From an uncultured Planktomarina sp. (lineage in GTDB: Bacteria > Pseudomonadota > Alphaproteobacteria > Rhodobacterales > Rhodobacteraceae), in assembly GCF_951543265.1 (NCBI RefSeq), contig NZ_CATOCO010000004.1: a stretch of DNA of 64,000 bases; one strand, 5' to 3'. Within the stretch, counting starts at the first letter, position 1. Every line of letters begins with the position of its first letter. The notes under the pieces were generated by a model. That model did not search any database. It was not told the DNA's origin and was given only the letters and a program-made list of their open reading frames with translations. Shown here piece after piece: positions 1-9,285 of the stretch. The translations under genes and the position numbers were made by a program.

Positions 1-1411
1 CATCCGCTGCATAAATATATGCGTTCAGTTCATCATTTATACGGGTTTGCGTGTGAGATAGAAATTGTTCGCGGGTAAAGTCGGGCGATGCACCCTCAAC
101 GTCCATACCCATTATATTAGACACAGATGTTTCCTGCAGTATATCAATTTCGATTTTATTTTGAAGGCCTTGCAGCGACCCATCAGCACCGAGCTTAAAC
201 AAATCAAGCGTTAATTTATCGTCAACATTCTGATAAATTTGAATTTTCTTATCATCTCCATAAGCTTCATTAATTGAACGTTCAACCTCAGCGGCAAGTT
301 GTTCAGCGTTGTAAAGGCCAGGTCGGACATCAATAGATACTGGGGCATCACTGTCATCAACATTTACAGTCAGAAAGTCTTTTCCCCAGAAAATATCACT
401 GTCACTTTTACCGCCCTCACGGGTTGCCTTGAACAGTAACGGATCGGTCACAATCTCAACCAGCTTGTCTCCCTCTTCACCAAAGTCAAACGCACTTTGC
501 TCGCCGCGAAGGGTCGCAGGTTGAGAATCAACCTGTTGCTTGAGATCATCCAATTTATAAAGTGGGGATCCTTTCCCCTCTAGAAAGTAGTTGTCATCAG
601 GCACGGCTGTCGTTTGATTACCGAAGCGATCGATGAACAGCTGTTTTTCACTATCATCAACAGCCTTCACCAAATCAGGTCCGATAATCGTGTCATTAAT
701 AACAAGTCGCGTGTCATATTTGTTTGTAGGATCGTCGCCAGAAGCGTTCTGGGTCTTAATAAAATAAATTGTCGCAATCGTTGGATTACCAAGGTCATCA
801 AAAATAGTAATGGATGTGGAATTTGTATAACTATTTGAATCGTTCTGATCAAATGTGTAACCGTCCGCAAATTGTTCTAACTGTGTAACAACAGCCGCAT
901 CAGCTGGAACGTTGACGCCCAGATCAATTGTTCCCGTAGCCTTCGGCTCACCCGACGTGACCGGAAGCTGCAAAGGCACCGCGCTGTCGAGGTCTTTCGC
1001 TGTAACCGAACCGTCAAGGTTAACCGGATAAGTCATTAGGTACTGACCCGCGCTATCAACAACATAACGGTCGTTATCCACGTTGAACGAACCGTTCCGT
1101 GTGTAAACAGTTTGAGTTGAAGTCAGTGAGGGCTTGAGGGCAAAAAAGCCTTGTCCAGATACAGCAAGGTCAAGCGCGTTCAACGACGAGGCAATGTTGC
1201 CTTGGGTAAACTGCTGCTTCACGCCCTTCAAGATAGTACCAGAACCAATCGAAGAGGATGCGTTTTGGAGTGGCGATGTCGCAAAAATATCGCCAAATTC
1301 TGCCCTGCTTCGTTTAAACCCCGTGGTCCCAACGTTCGCAATGTTATTCGAAGTAGACGCGATCTCAGCTTGTGCACCATTGAGGCCGGTCAAAGCGGTA
1401 TAGAATGACAT
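1..1411 (-). CDS. flgE: flagellar hook protein FlgE, N-terminal >=470 aa (C-terminus runs off the left edge)
   Basis: Absent from the ORF track because there is no stop in the window. My translation from ATG 1411 gives MSFYTALTGLNGAQAEIASTSNNIANVGTTGFKRSRAEF..., the conserved axial-protein N-terminus. The frame is open where spot-checked at both ends. It follows flgB-flgC-flgD. Confidence 0.8.
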   Translation of the reverse strand, partial: MSFYTALTGLNGAQAEIASTSNNIANVGTTGFKRSRAEFGDIFATSPLQNASSSIGSGTILKGVKQQFTQGNIASSLNALDLAVSGQGFFALKPSLTSTQTVYTRNGSFNVDNDRYVVDSAGQYLMTYPVNLDGSVTAKDLDSAVPLQLPVTSGEPKATGTIDLGVNVPADAAVVTQLEQFADGYTFDQNDSNSYTNSTSITIFDDLGNPTIATIYFIKTQNASGDDPTNKYDTRLVINDTIIGPDLVKAVDDSEKQLFIDRFGNQTTAVPDDNYFLEGKGSPLYKLDDLKQQVDSQPATLRGEQSAFDFGEEGDKLVEIVTDPLLFKATREGGKSDSDIFWGKDFLTVNVDDSDAPVSIDVRPGLYNAEQLAAEVERSINEAYGDDKKIQIYQNVDDKLTLDLFKLGADGSLQGLQNKIEIDILQETSVSNIMGMDVEGASPDFTREQFLSHTQTRINDELNAYIYAAD

Positions 1412-1476
1412 GTCTTAACCTTTCGTATTTTATCATGTGGCCCAATGGCCCAAACTTTTATCTGACGTTCACAAGA

Positions 1477-2178
1477 TTAACGAATGCGACTAACGCTACT
1501 TGCACTAATCGTGCCATAATCCTGGACATCAAGGGTCGCAGTTTCACTCGCATCACCAAAGGAAGAGGCAGACAGCACTTTAGCATAAACTGATGGGCCT
1601 ATACTCTCCATGCCTTTGCCGGTGTTTGCAGATATATCTACCTTAATTTTTCGGTCCGATTCACGTACTGCAATTGGAATGTTAGTCCAATTGAAACCGG
1701 TAAGGCCGGTACCTTGCGGACCAAGATCTTCGCTGTGCAGCAATTCACCACTTACCGCATCGGTAAATGACACACGCGTCGCACTCGCAGCTTGAGGAAG
1801 TTCAAAAACTCCATGGATTTCACCATTGTCATCTGGTCGAGCCATTGAACCAGGCACAAGAACAGAATGCCCCAATAAAGTCGACGCCGTCGCAATACGA
1901 GCTTGCTTCATGTCCGCTGAAAGCGATTCTAAGTTTTTATTAATTTGCTCAATACCAGACACTGTCGAAAACTGAGCCATCTGCGCAATAAAGTCACCGT
2001 TCTCCATGGGTGCAAACGGATCCTGATTTTGAAGCTGCGCTGTCATCAACTGTAAAAAATCATCTTGGCCAAGCTTATCACTTGAGCCTCGTTCGTCGGC
2101 ACTTTTGTTTGTATTAATTCCAAGCTTATCAAAAATAGCTTGCTGTGCCGAGGCACTGGCTGAATCTACATTACTCAT
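1477..2178 (-). CDS. flgD: flagellar hook assembly/capping protein FlgD
   Basis: Contains DDFLQLMTAQLQNQDPFAPMENGDFIAQMAQFSTVSG, the FlgD signature region. Lies between flgC and flgE. Confidence 0.9.
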   Translation of the reverse strand: MSNVDSASASAQQAIFDKLGINTNKSADERGSSDKLGQDDFLQLMTAQLQNQDPFAPMENGDFIAQMAQFSTVSGIEQINKNLESLSADMKQARIATASTLLGHSVLVPGSMARPDDNGEIHGVFELPQAASATRVSFTDAVSGELLHSEDLGPQGTGLTGFNWTNIPIAVRESDRKIKVDISANTGKGMESIGPSVYAKVLSASSFGDASETATLDVQDYGTISASSVSRIR

Positions 2179-2193
2179 GATTTTTCCTTCTAC

Positions 2194-2610
2194 CTAGCGG
2201 CCCATATTTACGGTGCGCATCATCAGAGAGCGCAGCGTGGAGACGACTTCTAAATTATTCTGATACTGACGGGAGGCCTCGAGCATCTCGACCATTTCTT
2301 CTTCAACATTCACCGCGGATCCCCAAACGTAGCCAGCTGCGTCAGCTTTGGGATGCTGCGGAAGGTGAACCCGGTTTGGCTCCAAATTTGACGGTACAAT
2401 CCCACGGACGTTGACTGTTGCTAATCCTGAGGTCTGGGCGTGCGAAGCATACTCCGTCTCGAACAAGGGCTTGATCGCAACATACGCTTCCTCCTTACTG
2501 TCGGCAAAGCTTCTTGCATTAGCCAAGTTACTGGCCACAGTATTAAGACGCGTCATTTGAGCAGACATTGCGCGACCTGAGATATCAAAAATGTTTTGAA
2601 TTCCCGACAT
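2194..2610 (-). CDS. flgC: flagellar basal-body rod protein FlgC
   Basis: N-terminal SGRAMSAQMTRLNTVASNLANA and C-terminal SRQYQNNLEVVSTLRSLMMRT rod-protein motifs. 138 aa. Confidence 0.92.
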   Translation of the reverse strand: MSGIQNIFDISGRAMSAQMTRLNTVASNLANARSFADSKEEAYVAIKPLFETEYASHAQTSGLATVNVRGIVPSNLEPNRVHLPQHPKADAAGYVWGSAVNVEEEMVEMLEASRQYQNNLEVVSTLRSLMMRTVNMGR

Positions 2611-2611
2611 T

Positions 2612-2998
2612 TTATTCTCCCTTGATTGCGGACATCAGGCCCGAAATTTTACGGTTCAGAAGAGTAAGAGAGCTTTGGTATCTGACAACATTTTCAGAGA
2701 ATTCCATTTGCTCGACCGCTAATTCCACCGTATTTCCGTCCAAAGATGGGTTTATGGGGGTGCGGTATAGCAAACCACCACCTGTCGAATTTCCGGCCTG
2801 CGCTATATGCCTATTATTTGATGTGGAGATTAGACCACTCGGCATTACCGCGGCTAAAGATGCTTCAAAATCAACATCCCTGGCTTTAAAATGAGGTGTT
2901 GCTGCGTTTGCTATATTTGACGCCAGGATATTATTGCGCTTTGATCGCAGTGTTAATGCGTCATCATGTATACCAAAATGGTCACGAATACTGTTCAT
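2612..2998 (-). CDS. flgB: flagellar basal-body rod protein FlgB
   Basis: Contains [25 protein letters not shown]. 128 aa. First gene of flgBCDE and 1 nt from flgC. Confidence 0.9.
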   Translation of the reverse strand: MNSIRDHFGIHDDALTLRSKRNNILASNIANAATPHFKARDVDFEASLAAVMPSGLISTSNNRHIAQAGNSTGGGLLYRTPINPSLDGNTVELAVEQMEFSENVVRYQSSLTLLNRKISGLMSAIKGE

Positions 2999-3040
2999 AC
3001 CTGTCTCGCTTCATCAAATTTAAGGGAAAGTCCCTCATCT

Positions 3041-3056
3041 TGGAGCGTTAATTGCA
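3041..3056 (+). promoter_or_regulatory. candidate sigma54 promoter for the 3091-4007 operon
   Basis: The plus strand reads TGGAGC-gttaa-TTGCA, with GG and GC at the correct 10-nt spacing. The -12 element is about 35 nt upstream of ATG 3091. It shares the TTGCAA palindrome with the flgB promoter. Confidence 0.5.
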
Positions 3057-3068
3057 AGTTGAGTGCCA
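3053..3068 (-). promoter_or_regulatory. sigma54 (-24/-12) promoter for flgBCDE
   Basis: The minus strand reads TGGCAC-tcaac-TTGCA, an exact match to TGGCAC-N5-TTGCW. The -12 element is about 55 nt upstream of the flgB ATG (2998). Confidence 0.8.
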
Positions 3069-3090
3069 AACGGAACTGCGAAAGAAAAAA

Positions 3091-3654
3091 ATGTTAAAAC
3101 CGTACAAATTGCTCCAAAATAATGATGGCACCAGTCAAAAGCTGTCTGCCAATTTATTGCGTATGAGAATGAAAATGTTAAAATCGGTTCAAGATGAAAC
3201 GCTTGATGACGCATTATCATTATTAAGAAGCCGCCATGGCGCCGAAAAAGACGTTAATATGCGATTGGCATCCATGGCTGCCCAAACTTGGATAATTAGG
3301 CAAAAATTTCTTGGTATAGGATCAAACCAACCAACATCAGTTAAAGAGTACATAACGGAATTAGCACCAAAAAAAGACAAGTTAGCTGCCATTAGGGTAA
3401 AGCCATCAGATGATGTGGCTGGAGTAACTGATGACGCGGTCACCATAAGCAGGTGGCAAAAAGTTAAGATACTTAAAGAGACAGAAGTAAACGGCATGCA
3501 ATTTTTTGAAAACACGACAATCAATGTAAGCAAGGATGATGCCGACAAGCTGATCACCGCCAAGAAGGCTATACTAGCTGACGATGGCACGCCGGACGAC
3601 GCGCCAGAAAAATCTACGCCACAGAAGGCGAAAACAAGTAAGGCTAAATCATGA
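3091..3654 (+). CDS. hypothetical protein, no family recognised (soluble, Lys-rich C-terminal tail)
   Basis: ORF track 3052..3654. I moved the start to ATG 3091 (MLKPYKLLQ...) because 3052-3068 is occupied by the sigma54 promoters. ATGA overlap with the next ORF. Confidence 0.55.
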   Translation: MLKPYKLLQNNDGTSQKLSANLLRMRMKMLKSVQDETLDDALSLLRSRHGAEKDVNMRLASMAAQTWIIRQKFLGIGSNQPTSVKEYITELAPKKDKLAAIRVKPSDDVAGVTDDAVTISRWQKVKILKETEVNGMQFFENTTINVSKDDADKLITAKKAILADDGTPDDAPEKSTPQKAKTSKAKS

Positions 3655-4007
3655 TGAAGTGGGCAGTATGCGGGATTTTAGCGATCGGACTCTTGGCTAT
3701 GATCTCATTAGGGAATTTAGGATCATTCAAAAGGTTCGAACATCGTACAATAACTTGCATGAACCAAATGATTGGGCCGTTTGAGCTGGTAGTGAATAAG
3801 ATAAAAATTGGAGAATTTGCTCAGCTGATCCAGCCTCAAGGCGAGGAGGCCTTGGAGATAACAGGTGTTTCTGAAGGTGCTATCATCGCTGAAGCTGGTG
3901 ATCGAAAACTACGTTTTACAATAGACTTTGAAGGCGCAAAGGTTTTGGTTCAGGAAAATTTAAAACTAAGGAGCTCGACGTGTAAAACAACTGGTTTTTC
4001 AATGTAA
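3651..4007 (+). CDS. hypothetical small exported/membrane-anchored protein
   Basis: N-terminal hydrophobic segment MMKWAVCGILAIGLLAMISLG. Start overlaps the stop of the upstream ORF (ATGA), which suggests translational coupling. Confidence 0.5.
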   Translation: MMKWAVCGILAIGLLAMISLGNLGSFKRFEHRTITCMNQMIGPFELVVNKIKIGEFAQLIQPQGEEALEITGVSEGAIIAEAGDRKLRFTIDFEGAKVLVQENLKLRSSTCKTTGFSM

Positions 4008-4015
4008 CTGCTTTA

Positions 4016-4744
4016 TTACTCAGCGACCCCACCTAAAAAATCTGCCATCCCATCACGTAAATTCCCTATAGCTGATTTCTTAATTTGAGATACGCGACCA
4101 GTTGTGACCCCTAGGATTTCAGCAATTTCATAAACGTTTAGTTCTTCAACGTAATACAACTGCATTACGAGAGCCTCGCGTTCCGAAAGCTTTGTCAATT
4201 GATCACGCAACCCACGCTGCATTTCTTGTTTACTTAGCAACTCTTCGGGATTCGAATCTTTAGACACAAACCAAACGGAATGGGCATCATGCATTTCATC
4301 AATGGATTGATGCAAGTTAGCCTCGAACGCTTGCCTCCACTTTCTTAATTCTTCAAATGTAATATTCAGCGTCTGAGAAACTTCTTCGTCAGTCGGATAG
4401 CGTTGCAACTTTTGCTCTAGGCCCAAAATAGTTTGATCAACTTTTTGCTTCATCGCAATCGTCGTACGACAAAGGTTTGAACTCCGGCGAAGGTGATCAA
4501 CGATTGAACCGCGAATACGGATTTTTGCATAACTACTGAATGTCACACCAGGTTTTTTAACGTATTTTTGGCTCGCATCGATCAGGCCTATGTACCCGAC
4601 TTGCACCAAATCATCGACTTCTACAGCACCTTTGACACGGCCGTAAAAATAGTAAGCAATTCTACGAACCGTCTGAAGTTCAGATGCAATTAAATCCTCA
4701 GGCCTGGGTTTTTGTTCCTGATAGTGCCCTGTATTTACAGTCAT
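4016..4744 (-). CDS. fliA: flagellar RNA polymerase sigma factor FliA (sigma28)
   Basis: Sigma70-family regions: DLVQVGYIGLIDASQKY, IRIRGSIVDHLRR, and a C-terminal HTH EIAEILGVTTGRVSQIKKSA. Lies downstream of flhF-flhG. Confidence 0.9.
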   Translation of the reverse strand: MTVNTGHYQEQKPRPEDLIASELQTVRRIAYYFYGRVKGAVEVDDLVQVGYIGLIDASQKYVKKPGVTFSSYAKIRIRGSIVDHLRRSSNLCRTTIAMKQKVDQTILGLEQKLQRYPTDEEVSQTLNITFEELRKWRQAFEANLHQSIDEMHDAHSVWFVSKDSNPEELLSKQEMQRGLRDQLTKLSEREALVMQLYYVEELNVYEIAEILGVTTGRVSQIKKSAIGNLRDGMADFLGGVAE

Positions 4745-5547
4745 ACTATTTCTTTCGATACGGAATTATTACCAAAAAAGCGAATACCATCATATGTATT
4801 CATAGGACACTTGAGTATCTTTTGCGACAGTGACTTAAAAGCGAGCAACTCTTTCTCAGGGGTGTTGGAATTTTTAGCTAATAATGGCTTGCGCTGCACA
4901 ACAGACTGACGCATTGGTGCGGAAAAAGGTACATGACCAACAAATGTAAGATTTACATCTAAAAATCTCATAGCAATATCTCGGAATTTTTCAAAGCTTT
5001 TGAGAGCCTCCGCCCCATCTTTCGCCATATTAATTACGATAGAGAAATTCTGGAGCTTATGTTCAAAATGAGCAGCCTTTATAACGGCGTATGCATCCAT
5101 GAAGCTTGTTGGCTCCGCAACCACGACAACCACAACCCGCTGGGATGCAGCGACAAAGGCAAGCGCGCTGTCGCTTGCACCTGCTGGCACATCAGTGATC
5201 AAAATATCCGTTTTATCAGCGATTGTATCTACATTTCGAATTAATTGATAACGTGCCGCAGAGTCGATATTCATCATTTCAACCAGCCCGCTGCCACCAG
5301 CTAGCAGCTTCACTCCGTCAGGCCCCGTTTCAACGATATCTTCGAGTGTCGAACCTCCCGACAACGCATCATAAAGAGTTTTTTTGGCGTTCTTACCCAT
5401 CAAGATATGAGAGTTCGCAAGCCCAAAATCAGCGTCAAAAAGACAAACACGATGCCCAAGTCGTGCAAACATGATAGCCAGGTTGACAGCTATACATGTT
5501 TTCCCAACGCCGCCTTTCCCGCTGGCTATTGTGATTGAATTGGTCAT
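4741..5547 (-). CDS. flhG: MinD/ParA-type flagellar number regulator FlhG (FleN)
   Basis: Deviant Walker A ASGKGGVGKTCIAVNLA. 4-nt overlaps with flhF and fliA. Confidence 0.88.
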   Translation of the reverse strand: MTNSITIASGKGGVGKTCIAVNLAIMFARLGHRVCLFDADFGLANSHILMGKNAKKTLYDALSGGSTLEDIVETGPDGVKLLAGGSGLVEMMNIDSAARYQLIRNVDTIADKTDILITDVPAGASDSALAFVAASQRVVVVVVAEPTSFMDAYAVIKAAHFEHKLQNFSIVINMAKDGAEALKSFEKFRDIAMRFLDVNLTFVGHVPFSAPMRQSVVQRKPLLAKNSNTPEKELLAFKSLSQKILKCPMNTYDGIRFFGNNSVSKEIV

Positions 5548-6869
5548 GATCCATAATCCAATTTTATTGCGCCTTCCTCTTTTGAGACGTCTGTAAAGTA
5601 CCCTTGCAAATATTGTTCCATAATAGCTGTAGAAGCCTTCACGAGGTTGCCCTCAAGATCGCACGTCCCCGCAAACCAGCCCACTTTTGCAGAGCTTGTC
5701 AACAGTTGTGAAATCTCAGGTACCGAACATTCACATTCATCCAGCTTGGTCATTACAACTTCAACGATCAAATCGTCTGTCTTAATCAACTCATTCTCAA
5801 TGCGCTTAGGTGTCAGCCCGCTTGGAAGTGCCACAACAATATGCACGCGCTGGTTTTGAAAGTGCTCTTGAAGTTGTGGCCATATTTGAATCGCATTTTC
5901 TGTGGTGCATGCCACATCGATAATGTGCAGTTTATCTTTACCAATTGGGGTCCACATATCCTGCTGATCGATCAGCCAATTATTCATAGGTAGGCTCAAC
6001 TGTTGGCAGTAATGGTTTAAAAGCCCACTTTGTAGCGATGCCACGCCATCCAGACTGACCAATTCAATCTGCCGATCTCCTATCATATCTCCCAGTAAGG
6101 TTGCAAATTTAGCGGCCAAAGTGGTTTTGCCTGCACCAGAAGGGCCCATAATAACAATCACGTCTGCATTAATGGTTTTTTGTAATTCACTGGATACAAC
6201 TTGATCTGCCAGATGTCGTATCAGATTAGATTGAACGACTGGATGCCCATTTTTTGTGCAATTTAAAATAGCGGCGTCGACGTGTACTCCCTCAAACCCC
6301 AAATCAACCATGTTTTGATACTTAAAGCCGTCAATCGTAGGCGCAAGGCCTTTAACCACGGGCGCTGTTTTCTGGACTAGATCAAGCATGCTCTCAATCC
6401 GCGCAAGGCGCGTCTCTATGCTATTGCTATCAACTTCCTCTAATTGGACAGTGCTACTGAGATTTAGAGACGGTTCCACGCGACGCACGGCACTCTTCAA
6501 AATCAGTGCCGGCATTTTCTCGACATTCGGAGCTAGCCCTTTATTGTTTTGAGAATTTTTTAATCCACCTTCAACTGAAAACAGTTTAGGTTGCTCAGTC
6601 TGATAAGCTTGGAGGTTAGTGTCTACAATAGGCGCCTGTAGCCGTTTACTCGGTGCAAACTGTTTTTCAAATTCCTCTTCAAAAACCGTCTGAACAGCAT
6701 TTGGCCTGCGTGGAATAGACGTCATAGGGTCAATCGTTGCCTTAATCTGAACCAAACCGTCGAACTGGGACGTTGATAGGATATAGGCATCCGATCCAAG
6801 CTGGCGAATGACTTCATCCATAGCCATGGCGCTATCTGGCGCTGTAACAGTTATTGTGGGCATATTCAT
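5544..6869 (-). CDS. flhF: flagellar biosynthesis SRP-type GTPase FlhF
   Basis: C-terminal G domain with IMGPSGAGKTTLAAKFA and MTKLDE. Lies between flhA and flhG. Confidence 0.88.
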   Translation of the reverse strand: MNMPTITVTAPDSAMAMDEVIRQLGSDAYILSTSQFDGLVQIKATIDPMTSIPRRPNAVQTVFEEEFEKQFAPSKRLQAPIVDTNLQAYQTEQPKLFSVEGGLKNSQNNKGLAPNVEKMPALILKSAVRRVEPSLNLSSTVQLEEVDSNSIETRLARIESMLDLVQKTAPVVKGLAPTIDGFKYQNMVDLGFEGVHVDAAILNCTKNGHPVVQSNLIRHLADQVVSSELQKTINADVIVIMGPSGAGKTTLAAKFATLLGDMIGDRQIELVSLDGVASLQSGLLNHYCQQLSLPMNNWLIDQQDMWTPIGKDKLHIIDVACTTENAIQIWPQLQEHFQNQRVHIVVALPSGLTPKRIENELIKTDDLIVEVVMTKLDECECSVPEISQLLTSSAKVGWFAGTCDLEGNLVKASTAIMEQYLQGYFTDVSKEEGAIKLDYGS

Positions 6870-6874
6870 TCCCC

Positions 6875-9037
6875 TTATACAGTTTCAAGTTGGCGCTCAG
6901 AGGTTGTTGGCAAAACGTCGCCATTTCCCTCAGACGCAAGTGCATCAAACCCGCCGATTGTAGCGTAGACTTCGACACGCCGATTTTCGGGTAATTCAGT
7001 AAAGCTTAAAATAATAATGTCTGGCACATGTGAACGTACAAAATCTGAAAACAAGCGCCGGATTTGTGGAGCCACCACCATGATACTTGGACGTCCCTCA
7101 GCACTTAGCTTCTCACTCGTATCGTTAATAGACAGCATTAATTGCTGGGCAAGCGTTCCCTCAAGGATCAATCCTTCTTCACCACTTTGTCGCACAGTAC
7201 GCAGCATAAGTTGTTCAAGTTCGGGCGTTAATGTCATCAATGGGAGTACTGTTCCCAATGGCGCAACCTGTTGAATCAGTAGAGGCGCCAATGCGGGTCG
7301 CAATGCTTCCGCCATTTCATTAGGTCCCATATTGGGTCCCACAAGGTTTGAAAGCCCTTCTAACACGCGGCGAAAATCAGAAATAGGGATACGTTCAGAT
7401 AACAACCTGCGCAAAACTAAAGTCAGCACGTGAAGTGGGATAAGTTTGGGCACAATTGATTTCACAAGGTTAGGGCTAATTTCGGTAAGGCGGTCCAATA
7501 AATCCTGCACATCGTCCTGCCCCACAAGGTCTGCAGCATGTTTATTGAGTAATTGACTAAGATGAGTTGAAATAACTGAATCGGGTTCAACAACCGCATA
7601 GTCATTGGCTTCCGCCTCAGCCTGCTGCTCTGGGCGAATCCAAACCGCATCTATCCCAAATGAAGGATCTTTGACTTCGATGCCATCGAGATGGATGTGC
7701 GATCCATCACCTGGCAGAGCCAATTTTCTATCTGGGTACACGACATCTTCACCGACAATCGTTTGACCAATGCGAATGCGATATTGATTAGGCTCCAACG
7801 ACAGATCGTCACGAATACGCACGCCTGGCACAACAAAACCTAGGCCACGCGAAACCTCACGCCGTATTCCAGTAATCCGATTCACAAGTGGACCAGATTG
7901 CTCTTCATCGACAAGGCTAATCAATCCATAACCAAGCTGCATAGAAATCGCAGAGTAGTCTGTGATATCAGACAACAGAACGGACTCTGCCTCTGGTTCC
8001 ACGGTTTCAGATGCTTCGATTTCGTTTTGTGCATCATCAATCGTTTTTTTAGCTTCGGATCGATGTGCGAAGAATGCGGCCGTAGCAGCCATCAATGCAA
8101 ACCCAATAAAAAGCTGATTTGGCATCCCAGGCACCAAACCAAGAATGAACACCACAACTGCCGTAGGAATCCAAGCCCGTGAAAGATTAACTTGGCCGCC
8201 AATATGTTGAGCCATGTCTTGTGTCGATGACACACGGGTCACGATAATAGCTGTTGCAATCGACAACAGTAGAGATGGAATCTGTGCAACAAGGCCATCA
8301 CCGATAGACAGCAAAATATAAGATTGTGCGGCATCGGCTACAGCCATTTGATGCTGAGCTATACCAATTATCAAACCGCCGACAATGTTAATAGCCAAGA
8401 TAAGCAAGCCAGCAACCGCATCACCCTTTACAAACTTTGAAGCACCATCCATCGAGCCATAGAAGTCAGCTTCGTCGCCAACCTCTTGCCGGCGAGCAGT
8501 GGCCTCTTCAGGTGTTAAAATTCCTGCATTCAAGTCTGCGTCAATTGCCATTTGCTTGCCTGGCATCGCGTCCAATGTGAAACGTGCCGATACCTCTGAC
8601 ACGCGGCCTGCACCTTTTGTGATAACCACCAAGTTTATTATCACAAGAATGATGAATACAAATATACCAACAGCATAATTTCCCGCCACGACAAATTCGC
8701 CAAACGCCTTGATAACCTGTCCCGCAGCATCTGCACCCGTGTGTCCTTCACTAAGAACAATACGCGTAGATGCCACGTTCAATGCCAACCTCAAAACCGT
8801 GGCTATTAAGATCAGGTTTGGAAAGGACGAAAAATCAAGTGGTCTGTGCGTATGCAAGGCTACCATCAAAATCAATAATGACAGAACAATATTCACAACA
8901 AAGAATGTATCAAGTAAAATTACGGGCAAAGGTAATACCATCATCGCCACGAGGATTAAAATCCCAATAGGCAAAACAGATCCACCCACTGCAGATTTCA
9001 GATCATCTGTCAGATTTCTACTACGTGTCAAATCCAT
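6875..9037 (-). CDS. flhA: flagellar type III export gate protein FlhA
   Basis: 720 aa. Polytopic N-terminal domain, the conserved GDEADFYGSMDGASKFVKGDA segment, and a large cytoplasmic C-terminal domain. Confidence 0.95.
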   Translation of the reverse strand: MDLTRSRNLTDDLKSAVGGSVLPIGILILVAMMVLPLPVILLDTFFVVNIVLSLLILMVALHTHRPLDFSSFPNLILIATVLRLALNVASTRIVLSEGHTGADAAGQVIKAFGEFVVAGNYAVGIFVFIILVIINLVVITKGAGRVSEVSARFTLDAMPGKQMAIDADLNAGILTPEEATARRQEVGDEADFYGSMDGASKFVKGDAVAGLLILAINIVGGLIIGIAQHQMAVADAAQSYILLSIGDGLVAQIPSLLLSIATAIIVTRVSSTQDMAQHIGGQVNLSRAWIPTAVVVFILGLVPGMPNQLFIGFALMAATAAFFAHRSEAKKTIDDAQNEIEASETVEPEAESVLLSDITDYSAISMQLGYGLISLVDEEQSGPLVNRITGIRREVSRGLGFVVPGVRIRDDLSLEPNQYRIRIGQTIVGEDVVYPDRKLALPGDGSHIHLDGIEVKDPSFGIDAVWIRPEQQAEAEANDYAVVEPDSVISTHLSQLLNKHAADLVGQDDVQDLLDRLTEISPNLVKSIVPKLIPLHVLTLVLRRLLSERIPISDFRRVLEGLSNLVGPNMGPNEMAEALRPALAPLLIQQVAPLGTVLPLMTLTPELEQLMLRTVRQSGEEGLILEGTLAQQLMLSINDTSEKLSAEGRPSIMVVAPQIRRLFSDFVRSHVPDIIILSFTELPENRRVEVYATIGGFDALASEGNGDVLPTTSERQLETV

Positions 9038-9181
9038 GACACCGTCCTATTGTCAAAAACCCGACTAGTCGCAACCAATTGGCGTGCCACTTTTTGACGA
9101 TTGTTCATTGGCTTTACAGGCGTTTCCAAAACAAAAGAGTCCCTATTAATGTATGCGGAAAACCCGCAGTCATTGTATGGA

Positions 9182-9197
9182 AGCAAAAGTCGTGCCA
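9182..9197 (-). promoter_or_regulatory. sigma54 promoter for flhA-flhF-flhG-fliA
   Basis: The minus strand reads TGGCAC-gactt-TTGCT, an exact consensus match. It lies about 145 nt upstream of the flhA ATG (9037). Confidence 0.75.
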
Positions 9198-9232
9198 AGT
9201 TGAGTCAACTTTTTTTATCTAGTGAAATCGCT

Positions 9233-9248
9233 TGGCATGATTTCTGCA
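9233..9248 (+). promoter_or_regulatory. sigma54 promoter for flgP-flgT-like-flgA
   Basis: The plus strand reads TGGCAT-gattt-CTGCA, with GG/GC at the canonical positions. The -12 element is about 38 nt upstream of the flgP ATG (9286). Confidence 0.6.
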
Positions 9249-9285
9249 CAACAACAACGTAGAAATTCGACAGGAGCTTTAAATC

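Noticed and set aside
9075-9089. Second TGGCACG-ccaa-TTGG motif in the flhA leader
   Set aside because: The -12 dinucleotide is GG instead of GC, and a perfect consensus site lies about 105 bp upstream. Kept only as a note in the finding, not as a feature.
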